DNA from: Alphaproteobacteria bacterium
GTDB lineage: Bacteria > Pseudomonadota > Alphaproteobacteria > Caulobacterales > Parvularculaceae
Direction: 5' to 3'
NCBI GenBank assembly: GCA_013151255.1
Contig: JAADIQ010000120.1
Coordinates: forward strand, 20,894 to 84,893
Length of the DNA stretch: 64,000 nt
Made by a program: the position numbers and the translations under genes. Within the stretch, counting starts at the first letter, position 1, and each line of letters opens with the position of its first letter. The notes beneath the pieces are model-generated. The model did no database searches. It saw only the letters and a list, made by a program, of their open reading frames with translations, and was not told where the DNA came from. Positions 9,222 through 18,258 of this stretch are shown here, piece by piece.

Positions 9222-9884
9222 TTAGTGGCGGCGTGGCGTGACAAAGCCCGACCCGTCGCAGTCCAGGCATGTCCGCGCGATTAAACCGCGCTTGCCCTTG
9301 CCGCCGCATTCTTCACAAATTTCTTGAGACGCCGACGCGCCGAGAAAACGCGACAACATGTCTAACTTAACGCCCGGCTCTGAACTGGGCGCCTTGTTGG
9401 TCGCGAATGCGCGCGCCGCCGCCATTTTCGCCGCCGGGAACGCCTCCACCATCGACGCCTGATCGCCGCTCAGCCCATGCAGCGCCACCATCAGATCACG
9501 CCGCCACGCCTCCAGCACCAGCGCGAACTGGCCATCATCATAGTTGCCGGTAATCTGAAGCCCGGCCATCAAGAACAGATCCTCACCTTCCAAAGCGACG
9601 ACGCTGATATGCAAATTGCGGTTGAGCCCCTCAACCGCCTGCACGGAGAGCGAGAATCCGACAAACCGCGCCAGAAAGCCAATTTCCACCACTTTGCCGG
9701 ACCCGGCCGCAGACTGCATTAATGCGACAACGAAATTGACCCCGTTTTCCTGGACGCCATAGACCTTTAGCGGCCCGTCTTCTCCCAATGTATCAACCGC
9801 TCCATAGGCGTTTTTCAGCGCCGCAGCGATCTTCGAAAGCGGCCATGATCCCGCACTGGCGCCATTAGAAAACATCTTGAACAT
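9222..9884 (-). CDS. YbjN-like domain protein with a C-terminal CxxCxGxG zinc-finger pair
   Basis: The N-terminal alpha/beta region resembles YbjN/CesT-like chaperones. The C-terminus is CEECGGKG...CLDCDGSG. Confidence 0.6.
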   Translation of the reverse strand: MFKMFSNGASAGSWPLSKIAAALKNAYGAVDTLGEDGPLKVYGVQENGVNFVVALMQSAAGSGKVVEIGFLARFVGFSLSVQAVEGLNRNLHISVVALEGEDLFLMAGLQITGNYDDGQFALVLEAWRRDLMVALHGLSGDQASMVEAFPAAKMAAARAFATNKAPSSEPGVKLDMLSRFLGASASQEICEECGGKGKRGLIARTCLDCDGSGFVTPRRH

Positions 9885-10122
9885 GAAAACCCCTTAACCC
9901 ATTCCCCGAAGGCCAACGCTACACGAGCGCCACGCCCAGGCCAAGCGGCATCGCCAGAGTTGAGGGCTGCAATGTTGGACAAAAATATGTGATCGCAGGT
10001 GTTTTGCACTGCAGCGCCAGAACCGCTATATCACCCGGAATCAACCGGGCGGCTAAGGTTGTCGGCCTCGCGGTCGCGTGAAATAACACGTAAAGTAATG
10101 TTCTGGGTTAAGAGGGGGCGCT

Positions 10123-11121
10123 ATGCCTGCTACCGAAAAGCTGAATGTCCTGCTTGCGCAACCACGCGGCTTCTGCGCCGGCGTTGAGCGGGCGATAGAC
10201 ATTGTCGAGCGGGCGCTGGAGAAATTCGGCGCGCCGGTCTATGTCCGCCACGAGATTGTCCACAACAAATTCGTCGTCGATACGCTGCGCGCGCGCGGCG
10301 CCATCTTCGTTGAGGAAGTCGATGAAGTCCCGACAGGCGCGGTCACCGTGTTTTCCGCCCATGGCGTTGCAAAAAAAGTTGAGAACGGCGCGCTTGAACG
10401 AATGCTGGACGTAATTGACGCAACCTGTCCGCTGGTCACCAAAGTGCACAAAGAAGGCCGCCGCTACGCCGAGAGGGGCTACGACATCGTTCTCATCGGT
10501 CATATCGGTCATCCGGAAGTCGAAGGCACGCTCGGGCAAATTCCGGGCACCGTTCATGTTCTTTCCGAGGCCAACGAAGTCGAAGCTTTAAGCGTCACCG
10601 ATGAAAACCGCGTCGCCTTCGTCACCCAGACCACCCTGTCGGTGAACGACACCAAAGACGTCATCGCCGCGCTCAAAACACGTTTTCCTAATATTATCGG
10701 CCCCGACACCAGAGACATCTGTTACGCCACGCAAAACCGCCAAACCGCGGTTATCGCCATGGCCAAGGAAGTTGATCTGTTGCTGGTGGTCGGCGCCCAT
10801 AATTCCTCAAACTCAAACCGCCTTCGCGAAATCGGCGAGAACAATCACATTCCGAGCTATCTGATCGAAGATGCTTCGATGTTTGACCCGGCCTGGCTTG
10901 AGGGCGTGCACAGAGTTGGTATTACCGCCGGCGCCTCAGCGCCGGAGAGCCTGGTTCAAGACACCATCGCACGGCTGCGCAATTATCGTGATGTCTCGGT
11001 CTCGACCCTCGACGGGGTTGAAGAAAATGTGCATTTCAAGCTGCCGCGCGAGCTGGCTGATGTTCCGCGGCCGGAAGATGCAATGAAAGCCTGGGCCGTT
11101 AGTCCCGTTGAACACGCCTGA
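10123..11121 (+). CDS. ispH: 4-hydroxy-3-methylbut-2-enyl diphosphate reductase
   Basis: [41 protein letters not shown] and SSNSNRL motifs. Confidence 0.97.
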   Translation: MPATEKLNVLLAQPRGFCAGVERAIDIVERALEKFGAPVYVRHEIVHNKFVVDTLRARGAIFVEEVDEVPTGAVTVFSAHGVAKKVENGALERMLDVIDATCPLVTKVHKEGRRYAERGYDIVLIGHIGHPEVEGTLGQIPGTVHVLSEANEVEALSVTDENRVAFVTQTTLSVNDTKDVIAALKTRFPNIIGPDTRDICYATQNRQTAVIAMAKEVDLLLVVGAHNSSNSNRLREIGENNHIPSYLIEDASMFDPAWLEGVHRVGITAGASAPESLVQDTIARLRNYRDVSVSTLDGVEENVHFKLPRELADVPRPEDAMKAWAVSPVEHA

Positions 11122-11151
11122 AGTAACAATAAGAACTGTCTGGAGACGAAC

Positions 11152-12306
11152 ATGTCCGTATCATTACACCAGCAAGCCCGCGTCGGCGCCTATGTGGTCA
11201 AGCAGACCCTTATGGGCCGCAAGAAATATCCGCTGGTGCTGTTTCTTGAACCGCTGTTTCGCTGCAACCTCGCCTGCCCGGGCTGCGGTAAAATCGATTA
11301 CCCCGCGCCGATCCTCAACAAGCGTCTGTCGGTCCAGGAATGCTTTGATGCGGTTGATGAATGCGGCGCGCCAGTTGTCGCCATCCCCGGCGGCGAGCCT
11401 TTAATCCATAAGGATATTGGTGAAATCGTCGAGGGCATCGTGGCGCGTAAAAAGTTCGTCTCGCTATGCACCAATGCGCTGCTCCTGGAAAAGAAACTCG
11501 ACCTGTTCAAACCGTCGCCGTTTTTGTTTTTCTCCGTTCACTTAGATGGGCTTGAAGAAGAACACGACCACGCGGTCGACCAAAAAGGCACCTTCAAAAT
11601 TGCCGTTAAAGCGATTAAGGCGGCGCAAGCGCGCGGCTTTCAGGTCAATGTCAACGCCACGATTTTTGACAACATGACCGCGAAACAAGTTGCCGATTAT
11701 CTCGATTTCGCCACCGACCTTGGCGTCAACATTACGATCTCGCCGGGCTACGCCTATGAGCGCGCTGAAGACGCCGACCACTTCTTGTCACGCGAGAAAA
11801 CCAAACAGCTGTTCCGCGATATTTTCAAAATCGGCAAAGACCGCAATCGCCTATGGAACTTCTCGCACTCGTCTTTGTTTCTCGATTTCCTGGCCGGCAA
11901 CCAGGAATATAAATGCACGCCATGGGGCTCGCCCACGCGCAGCGTCTTTGGCTGGCAAAAACCCTGCTACCTGCTTGGCGAGGGTTATGTGTCGTCGTTC
12001 AAGGAACTGATGGAAACGACCGACTGGGACCAATACGGCACCGGCGCTTATGAGAAATGTTCCAACTGCATGGCCCATTGCGGTTATGAGCCGACGGCGG
12101 CGATGGATGCGGTTAAAAATCCGCTGAAAATGTTTAAACTGCCGAACATGTTCAAGATCAAAACCGAAGGCCCAATGGCGCCGGAGATCAATCTTTCCAA
12201 CGCCCGGCCGGCCGTGGACGTCCACGAAAAGCTGGTGGAAGCGGAAATGTCAAAGATCGCAGCTGAGAAAAAGGCGGCCAAACAACGGGACGAGGTCGCG
12301 GCGTAG
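11152..12306 (+). CDS. hpnH: Adenosyl-hopene transferase (radical SAM)
   Basis: LEPLFRCNLACPGCGKI CxxxCxxC motif, GNQEYKCTPWG, CYLL and CSNCMAHCGYE, all typical of HpnH. Confidence 0.93.
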   Translation: MSVSLHQQARVGAYVVKQTLMGRKKYPLVLFLEPLFRCNLACPGCGKIDYPAPILNKRLSVQECFDAVDECGAPVVAIPGGEPLIHKDIGEIVEGIVARKKFVSLCTNALLLEKKLDLFKPSPFLFFSVHLDGLEEEHDHAVDQKGTFKIAVKAIKAAQARGFQVNVNATIFDNMTAKQVADYLDFATDLGVNITISPGYAYERAEDADHFLSREKTKQLFRDIFKIGKDRNRLWNFSHSSLFLDFLAGNQEYKCTPWGSPTRSVFGWQKPCYLLGEGYVSSFKELMETTDWDQYGTGAYEKCSNCMAHCGYEPTAAMDAVKNPLKMFKLPNMFKIKTEGPMAPEINLSNARPAVDVHEKLVEAEMSKIAAEKKAAKQRDEVAA

Positions 12307-12954
12307 AGTTTTTAACGCCGCCGAGCTATCGGCGCCGAGCTTCATCAAAGCCGGAAACTGTTTGGGATCACGCATCGCCGCGCCCAATGTCGCCAGTATG
12401 CGCGTCGATCCGTCTGGCGCAACGGCGCCCAGCGCCGCCGGCGGCAAAGCCCTGTCCGCCGGATCGGCAATCGCGCGGATCGCAAGGAAAGGAACGCCGG
12501 CGCTTGCCGCTGCACGCGCCGCCCCATGGCTTTCCATATCAACGCCAAGCGCATGATGGCTGCGATAGAGCGCGGCTTTTTTCTCGATGCTTTCGATGAT
12601 ATCATCAGCGCCGAACAAAGCGCCAATCTTCGCCGTCGCGGCGGCAGGCTCCTCCGCGATTGTATCCAATAAACGCCGGTCGCTTTCACAGACTTGCCCA
12701 TCGCCGTAGAGAACCCGGTCGCCAATAATCAGATCGCCCGACGCGAGCGATGGATCAAGCCCGCCGGAAACACCGACGCTGACAATCGCGGCAGCGCCCT
12801 CACCGCAAAATTCCCGCGCAATCTCTTCCGCACGCGCAGCATTGGCGCCGGAAACCCCAACACGGATTTTCGGTGCGTCAAGCACACGCAAAATAACCTG
12901 CGCTTCAGATTTCAATCCGCAAATGACGGCGATGAAGTTGTCTACATCTCTCAT
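12250..12954 (-). CDS. hpnG: Hopanoid-associated nucleosidase/phosphorylase
   Basis: PNP/MTAN fold motifs GVSGGLDP, VDMES and IRAIADP; hpn context; ATGA overlap with hpnE. Confidence 0.88.
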   Translation of the reverse strand: MRDVDNFIAVICGLKSEAQVILRVLDAPKIRVGVSGANAARAEEIAREFCGEGAAAIVSVGVSGGLDPSLASGDLIIGDRVLYGDGQVCESDRRLLDTIAEEPAAATAKIGALFGADDIIESIEKKAALYRSHHALGVDMESHGAARAAASAGVPFLAIRAIADPADRALPPAALGAVAPDGSTRILATLGAAMRDPKQFPALMKLGADSSAALKTLRRDLVPLFGRLFLSCDL

Positions 12955-14222
12955 GCAATCGCACGCATCGCCAACGCCGCCGCCTTGTTCCCCGACCTTA
13001 TCGAGCCCTCAATCGTCGCCGGCACCCCGGTGTCGGTGTGATCGCCGGCGAGGAACAAGTTACGATATTCGGTTTCAGCTTTTAGCCGTCTCGCGGCGCC
13101 GGCTGGCGACTGGTCCGGTGTGGCGCGCTTTTCGCGGATTACCCGCACCCGTTCATAGTCCGTGTCGCCCAATTCGAGCGCAGTTTGAACCTCGCGCCAA
13201 ACCTGGTTTACGACATCATCATTGGGACGGTCATCGGCGCCGATGGCGTTTGAAGCGGAAGTTGTGACGCTGATCACGTCGTCGCGCACAAACACCCACT
13301 GCGCCAGCGACGACACAAGTGCGATGAATGGCCCCTCGCCTAACGCCTTCATGGGAGCCGCCGCGCCTAACCGGTAATGTATATTCAAAATGCTGGCGTC
13401 ATCGTTTGGCGGGTCCAACTGCGGCATGATTTGTTTCAATCGCGATGGCGGGATCGCGAAGATTACCTGATCGCCCGCCTCCAGCGTCACCGTCTCATCA
13501 ACAAAAGAAAGGCTGGTCACCGCGCCGCCTTCCATCCACGCGCTGCGCAATCTCGCGCCGAAACGTATGACCCCGCCATTAGATTCGATAAATTTCACCG
13601 CCGGATCAATGAACGCCGGCCCGAGGCCTTGTTTGGCGACCAACGGCGTTGAGGCTTGCCCACCCAGCAGGAAAGTCTCGCGAATGACGCTCCATAACAG
13701 CCGCGCCTGGCCGCGCTCCGGCGTGGTGTTCAACACCGCCAACGTCAATGGCTCCCAAAACCGTTCAAACAACACGCCGTTGCGGTCAATGGCGCCGGCA
13801 ACCGTCTTGTCGGCACCCGCAAGCGCGACGCCAGCAGCTTTTGCGTAGTCCCAAACCTTTGTATCGGGTACGCGAGAATGTTTGCCGAACACCCAGAACG
13901 GGATCGGCCCCTCATTCATCCGCACCGTCCAGCGCTTGCCGGTTTTCACATCGACAAAAGGATAGGCGGCAAAAGGCGGGCCTGTCAGCGCGTCAACCGA
14001 ACCGATCGTATCAAGGAACGCCAGTGCAGACTTGTTGCCCGACATGATCAGATGATTGCCATTGTCGATATCACGCTCGAGATGTTTGTCGTAAAAAGAG
14101 CGGCAGCGCCCGCCCGCTTGTCTCGCGCTTTCATATATGATTACGCGATGTCCGCTCTCAACCAAGCGAACGCCAGCCGCCAGCCCCGCCAGTCCGGCGC
14201 CAATGATATGTACACGGCTCAT
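12951..14222 (-). CDS. hpnE: Hydroxysqualene dehydroxylase
   Basis: FAD motif GAGLAG, GGRCRS, IDNGNHL, EKRAT and TGVPATIEGSIRSG. Confidence 0.93.
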   Translation of the reverse strand: MSRVHIIGAGLAGLAAGVRLVESGHRVIIYESARQAGGRCRSFYDKHLERDIDNGNHLIMSGNKSALAFLDTIGSVDALTGPPFAAYPFVDVKTGKRWTVRMNEGPIPFWVFGKHSRVPDTKVWDYAKAAGVALAGADKTVAGAIDRNGVLFERFWEPLTLAVLNTTPERGQARLLWSVIRETFLLGGQASTPLVAKQGLGPAFIDPAVKFIESNGGVIRFGARLRSAWMEGGAVTSLSFVDETVTLEAGDQVIFAIPPSRLKQIMPQLDPPNDDASILNIHYRLGAAAPMKALGEGPFIALVSSLAQWVFVRDDVISVTTSASNAIGADDRPNDDVVNQVWREVQTALELGDTDYERVRVIREKRATPDQSPAGAARRLKAETEYRNLFLAGDHTDTGVPATIEGSIRSGNKAAALAMRAIA

Positions 14223-14253
14223 TTAAAAAGGCCTGAAAAAAAAGCCACAAAAA

Positions 14254-15150
14254 TTAACCCGCCCACGATCTTGGCGCCTTCAGCCTCGGGGCGACGAACC
14301 AGCGCGCGGCGATCCTTAGTTTCTGGAATTTTGAAATCTCGGGCTTGGGCTGGCCATTGTCCCAGCCGCGCGCCGTCATCATGTTGAGATAGTGTTCATA
14401 AACACCCATCATCAGGAGGGCGGGCCGCAGCATTCTCCAGTCCAGATGAACAAGCGCTGCACGCGTCGCTGCAAATTTTTTGCGCGCTACCGCGGCTAAT
14501 TCTTCACGCACTTGCGGCAGGCCGGGGGCCATCGCGATAGTATCCGGACGGAGCGGGCAGTCATATTTTTTGAGCAGCTCCGCCGGCAGGTAAAGCCGGC
14601 CTTCGCCCGCATCTTCTTCGACATCACGCAATATGTTGGTGAGCTGTAGCGCGTCGCCCAGCGACAAGGCGAAATCCTCCGCCGCCTGGCTTTGCGGCGC
14701 GCCAAACACCGGCATCGACAACATGCCAACGGCGCCGGCGGCGCGGCGGGTATAGGCGAGAAGCCCGTCCATCGTCGGCGCGATAATCGGACCAGCCGCA
14801 TCCATCTCCATGCCCTCGATCACCAGGATGAATTCCCCCTTGGGCAAATCAAAGTCTCTGATATGCTCCAACAGCGCAACACCGGTCGGCGTTGTCGGCG
14901 CGCCGCGATAGAGCCGCTCAATTTCCATCCGCCAGGCGCCGAGCCCGGATTGTTTTTCCTGAAGCGTTCCGGGCTCATCGGCGATATCATCAACCTCGCG
15001 ACAAAAGGCGTAAATCGCATACATCGCTTCGCGCCGCTCTCGTGACAGGATGCGCATGCCGGCGCCAAACGAGGTGCCGGATTTCGCAACCGTCGCCTGC
15101 GCATGGCGGCGCGCCTCGGCAAGGGATATGGCCGGCGCGGCAACGCTCAT
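14254..15150 (-). CDS. hpnD: Presqualene diphosphate synthase
   Basis: SGTSF, YAFCREVDDIAD, GMEMD and LQLTNILRDVEEDA motifs. Confidence 0.93.
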   Translation of the reverse strand: MSVAAPAISLAEARRHAQATVAKSGTSFGAGMRILSRERREAMYAIYAFCREVDDIADEPGTLQEKQSGLGAWRMEIERLYRGAPTTPTGVALLEHIRDFDLPKGEFILVIEGMEMDAAGPIIAPTMDGLLAYTRRAAGAVGMLSMPVFGAPQSQAAEDFALSLGDALQLTNILRDVEEDAGEGRLYLPAELLKKYDCPLRPDTIAMAPGLPQVREELAAVARKKFAATRAALVHLDWRMLRPALLMMGVYEHYLNMMTARGWDNGQPKPEISKFQKLRIAARWFVAPRLKAPRSWAG

Positions 15151-16058
15151 CGCCTTGCGCCCCGACCAGCGGCGAAGAAGCCGCCGACGACGCCGCGCAA
15201 CCCGGCCGAGGCAAGGTCGAGCTTGGTCAACGCCACGCGTGTCGCCAACGGATCGCCCTGCCGCAACAGCACAATCAACCGGTCAGCGACATTGACAATC
15301 ACCGCCGATTCCATCGCCAGATGCCGCGATTGCAGCGCCCTTGGCAATTCGCGTGCGTGCACCATCAACTCATCGCAACAGATCAGCATGCGGTCCACCA
15401 CCCGGCGCAGCCCCGGCGTCAGCGCATCGCCATCAACATCTTCAATAGACGCACCCTCTTGCGCCATCCAGTCGCCGATTAAATACACCCGGTCGAGAGC
15501 GCGCCGGTCATCGCCGCAATCCTGCAGATGATTGACCACCTGCAATACCGTGCAGAGCGCATCAGAATAAACATAACCGCTTTTGTCCTCGCCATGGAGG
15601 TCAAGAAGATAACGCCCGACAGGATTTGCCGACAGCTCGCAATAGCCGAGCAATTCGTCCCAGCTCGCATAGCGATTTTTTTGCGCATCCTGCACGAAGG
15701 CGGCGACAAGGTCGGAGCCGTGCTTTGTGGTCACCCCGGTCGCGCTAAGGCTCTCGCGCAAGGCATGGGCCTTGGCGAGGCGCGGGTCATCGTGCGCCTC
15801 ACCGCGCAGCGCCGCATCGAAGGCGCGCAATCGCGAGATTTTATCTTCCGCCGCCAGCGCCGGATTGTCGGCAATATCATCAATCGCGCGCGCAAACGCA
15901 TAATAGGTCGCAACATGCGGGCGCAGATGTTTCGGCAACAGGAACGAGCCGACGGGAAAGTTTTCATCGCCCGCGCCCTTGCCGGACGGCGTCTCGCTCG
16001 TCTCGCCCGGGGCGTCGGGCGTTGCGGTTTCCGGCGCTGTTTTCAAAGTCGCAGACAT
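15147..16058 (-). CDS. hpnC: Squalene synthase HpnC
   Basis: ENFPVGS, YAFARAIDDIAD, SANPVGR and CTVLQVVNHLQD motifs. Start taken at MSATLK (an upstream ATG is possible). Confidence 0.92.
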   Translation of the reverse strand: MSATLKTAPETATPDAPGETSETPSGKGAGDENFPVGSFLLPKHLRPHVATYYAFARAIDDIADNPALAAEDKISRLRAFDAALRGEAHDDPRLAKAHALRESLSATGVTTKHGSDLVAAFVQDAQKNRYASWDELLGYCELSANPVGRYLLDLHGEDKSGYVYSDALCTVLQVVNHLQDCGDDRRALDRVYLIGDWMAQEGASIEDVDGDALTPGLRRVVDRMLICCDELMVHARELPRALQSRHLAMESAVIVNVADRLIVLLRQGDPLATRVALTKLDLASAGLRGVVGGFFAAGRGARR

Positions 16059-16155
16059 GGCCTGCACATTACGCATTTTGGCTGGTAATCCAAGCGCTTT
16101 GCCTGCGCTGAATACGCCCTTTGCGGGCGCGGCGGCGGCGCTGTAAGCAAGAGCC

Positions 16156-16329
16156 ATGAGCCTTGTCCTGATTGCCGCCGCCGCCTTCCTCGCCTGGATT
16201 TACCTCGCCCCGCCATGGGAAGCAGCCTTTTTTCTTACCGCGACGGGGCTATATACGCTGATGACCGTGGCTTCCGCCTTGCGGCACTGGCGCGGCCAAG
16301 ACGGGCAATGGAAAGGGCGAACTTATTAG
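16156..16329 (+). pseudogene. hpnB: 57-aa ORF resembling the N- and C-termini of glycosyltransferase HpnB fused in frame, with the catalytic domain missing
   Basis: Below the ORF-track cutoff. Manual translation: MSLVLIAAAAFLAWIYLAPPWEAAFFLTATGLYTLMTVASALRHWRGQDGQWKGRTY. The WxYL N-terminal helix and the LYTxMTxxSAxRHWRGxxGxWKGRxY tail are recalled features of HpnB. Adjacent to hpnC. Confidence 0.7.
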
Positions 16330-16480
16330 TTTGTTCATCTTGGTTATCACCCGGTTAGCACGCACCCCTGAGAACATCCTATTTATCCGTATAGTTCCTA
16401 TCTTCAATCGCTGTACTGATGTTTTAAACACAAGATTAACCATCAAAGCGTCTGATTGCATACGCAGATAATGCGAGGAT

Positions 16481-16759
16481 GTGATGATGAGTGACGATAT
16501 CCAACCCTTGGGACCGTTTTACGTCGAACTGGTCTATGAGAAAATCGGCAAAACCGCCACCGACGCGATAGACACCGCTTTCGTCGACGGTTTTTCCAGC
16601 GAGGCGGAAGCCTGGCGCGCCTGTCGTCGGTTACGCCGCGAGCCTTTTGATGCAGTCTCAACGGGCGGTGAGAATATTTTCCTCAAACCCGCTCAGCTGT
16701 TGCAAATGTTCATCGCTAAAGCCGCGCCGACAAATGCCTTCATCTTTGCGGGCGAGTAA
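16481..16759 (+). CDS. Hypothetical protein
   Basis: ORF of about 90 aa with a GAGGA ribosome-binding site just before the ATGs; fills the gap before uspA. No recognised motif. Confidence 0.6.
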   Translation: MMMSDDIQPLGPFYVELVYEKIGKTATDAIDTAFVDGFSSEAEAWRACRRLRREPFDAVSTGGENIFLKPAQLLQMFIAKAAPTNAFIFAGE

Positions 16760-16762
16760 AAA

Positions 16763-17251
16763 CTACCAATCGAGCTTTTTCGCATAGGCTTTTGTGACGA
16801 TAAAGACTGCGCAAGGCGCATCATGGATGAAATGCGTTGATGCGCTGCCCTGGAACAGGGCGCCCCAAAACCCTCGCTGGTGCGAACCGATGACAATCAA
16901 ATCCGCATCGACTTCCGCTGCGAAATCCGACACTGCCTGAGAGGCGTCGCCATCGAGAATAGTGGCGCTGGCGCCCGGCGCATATTTATCCACCAACTCG
17001 CTCAAACGTTCCTGACACACTACGCGCCCTTCTCGATGCATATCAAAGGAGGTTCGCCCGGCGACAGCGCCGGTGACGCCCATATCGGTGGCGAAGGCGG
17101 ATGTCTCAACACTAAGCGGCGGCCAAACGCTCACGGCACGGAGGTTTGCGCCGTTCTTATGCGCGAAGCTATCGGCAACCCGCAAAACATCCGAAGCCAA
17201 TTCATCTGAAACATCAACTGCGGCGATAATACGTTTAAATTGCATGTGCAT
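16763..17251 (-). CDS. Universal stress protein
   Basis: FKRIIAAVD, DADLIVIGSHQRG...GS and APCAVFIV, the UspA signatures. Confidence 0.9.
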   Translation of the reverse strand: MHMQFKRIIAAVDVSDELASDVLRVADSFAHKNGANLRAVSVWPPLSVETSAFATDMGVTGAVAGRTSFDMHREGRVVCQERLSELVDKYAPGASATILDGDASQAVSDFAAEVDADLIVIGSHQRGFWGALFQGSASTHFIHDAPCAVFIVTKAYAKKLDW

Positions 17252-17346
17252 TTCTCCCTGCCTGCTCTAATCCAGAGATGGGCGCAAATAACGCGCATCC
17301 CATGAGACAAGACGCCGCAATTATCTCGGTCCAGGCTATCGCATCA

Positions 17347-18216
17347 CTACGGCGCCAGCACCCGTTTCGGGTGACGGCCATCAACATAGCCCATAAACGG
17401 CGAACATATGGAGTAGCCGAGCAGCTCCTGAACCCGCTCGGGAAGCGCCCGCGCCGCCTCGGGTGGAACCGCCAGGGACATGTTCTCCAGCTGCCGCGTC
17501 CAGCCCGGGCAGTATTGCGGGGTTATAATCAGCCGCGCCGCCGCGGACCGGTTGGCCCCGCCGCGATGCCACAAGGTTCCTTTCGCCAGCGTCAAAGAAC
17601 CGGCCGGCGCTGCCAGCTTCATCGCATCTTCGCGGGCGCCGGGATCGCCGTCGCGGCTTTCAAGGCGTGAGAAATCAGTTTCCGCGACCGCGCCTTCAAT
17701 ATGATCCTCTGGCCAGAGATGACTGCCCGGTAAAATTTCCGTGGCGCCGTTATCATCCGTTGTCGCATCAATCGCCCAAAACGCGCTGACCCCAAGCGAC
17801 GGACGCGGGCGCGGCCATTGGTAATGGCTGTCGTCGAAATGCCAGGGTTGCGCGGTCTCGCCTGGTTGCAAGTTAATCGCCAAACACGCCGACAACAGGC
17901 AATCGCGCCCTAAATCTGCTTCAACGAAGCGCAACGCCAGCGGATGCATGACCAGCTCAGCCAGTACCGGCGACTTCGCCGCCAGCGCGTAGACACGGTT
18001 TGATTTGCGCCCTTCAAATTCGTTGCGCCCGGTGACATTTGCTCCAAGATAGGGCGCCAGCGCTGTTCGAATTTCGTCGATCTGGGCGCCCGTCAGCACT
18101 TTTTCAAAAGTGATATAACCGTCGCGGTCAAACTGACTGCGCCAGTCCTCCATCGAGCGGCCTTTCAGCCAGGGCGCAATAGCGTCATCATTTTGGCGCG
18201 CAGTTTCAACGTTCAT
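17347..18216 (-). CDS. Phytanoyl-CoA dioxygenase family Fe(II)/2-oxoglutarate enzyme
   Basis: QPWHFDD (HxD), NGATEILPGSH and LWHRGGAN motifs. Confidence 0.9.
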   Translation of the reverse strand: MNVETARQNDDAIAPWLKGRSMEDWRSQFDRDGYITFEKVLTGAQIDEIRTALAPYLGANVTGRNEFEGRKSNRVYALAAKSPVLAELVMHPLALRFVEADLGRDCLLSACLAINLQPGETAQPWHFDDSHYQWPRPRPSLGVSAFWAIDATTDDNGATEILPGSHLWPEDHIEGAVAETDFSRLESRDGDPGAREDAMKLAAPAGSLTLAKGTLWHRGGANRSAAARLIITPQYCPGWTRQLENMSLAVPPEAARALPERVQELLGYSICSPFMGYVDGRHPKRVLAP

Positions 18217-18258
18217 AAATACCCTCTCGGCTACATGATCGCGCAGCGCAACGATAAT

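Noticed and set aside
11152-12306. Radical SAM gene as a hopanoid methylase (HpnP/HpnR) or HpnJ
   Set aside because: No B12-binding domain; the size and motifs match HpnH.
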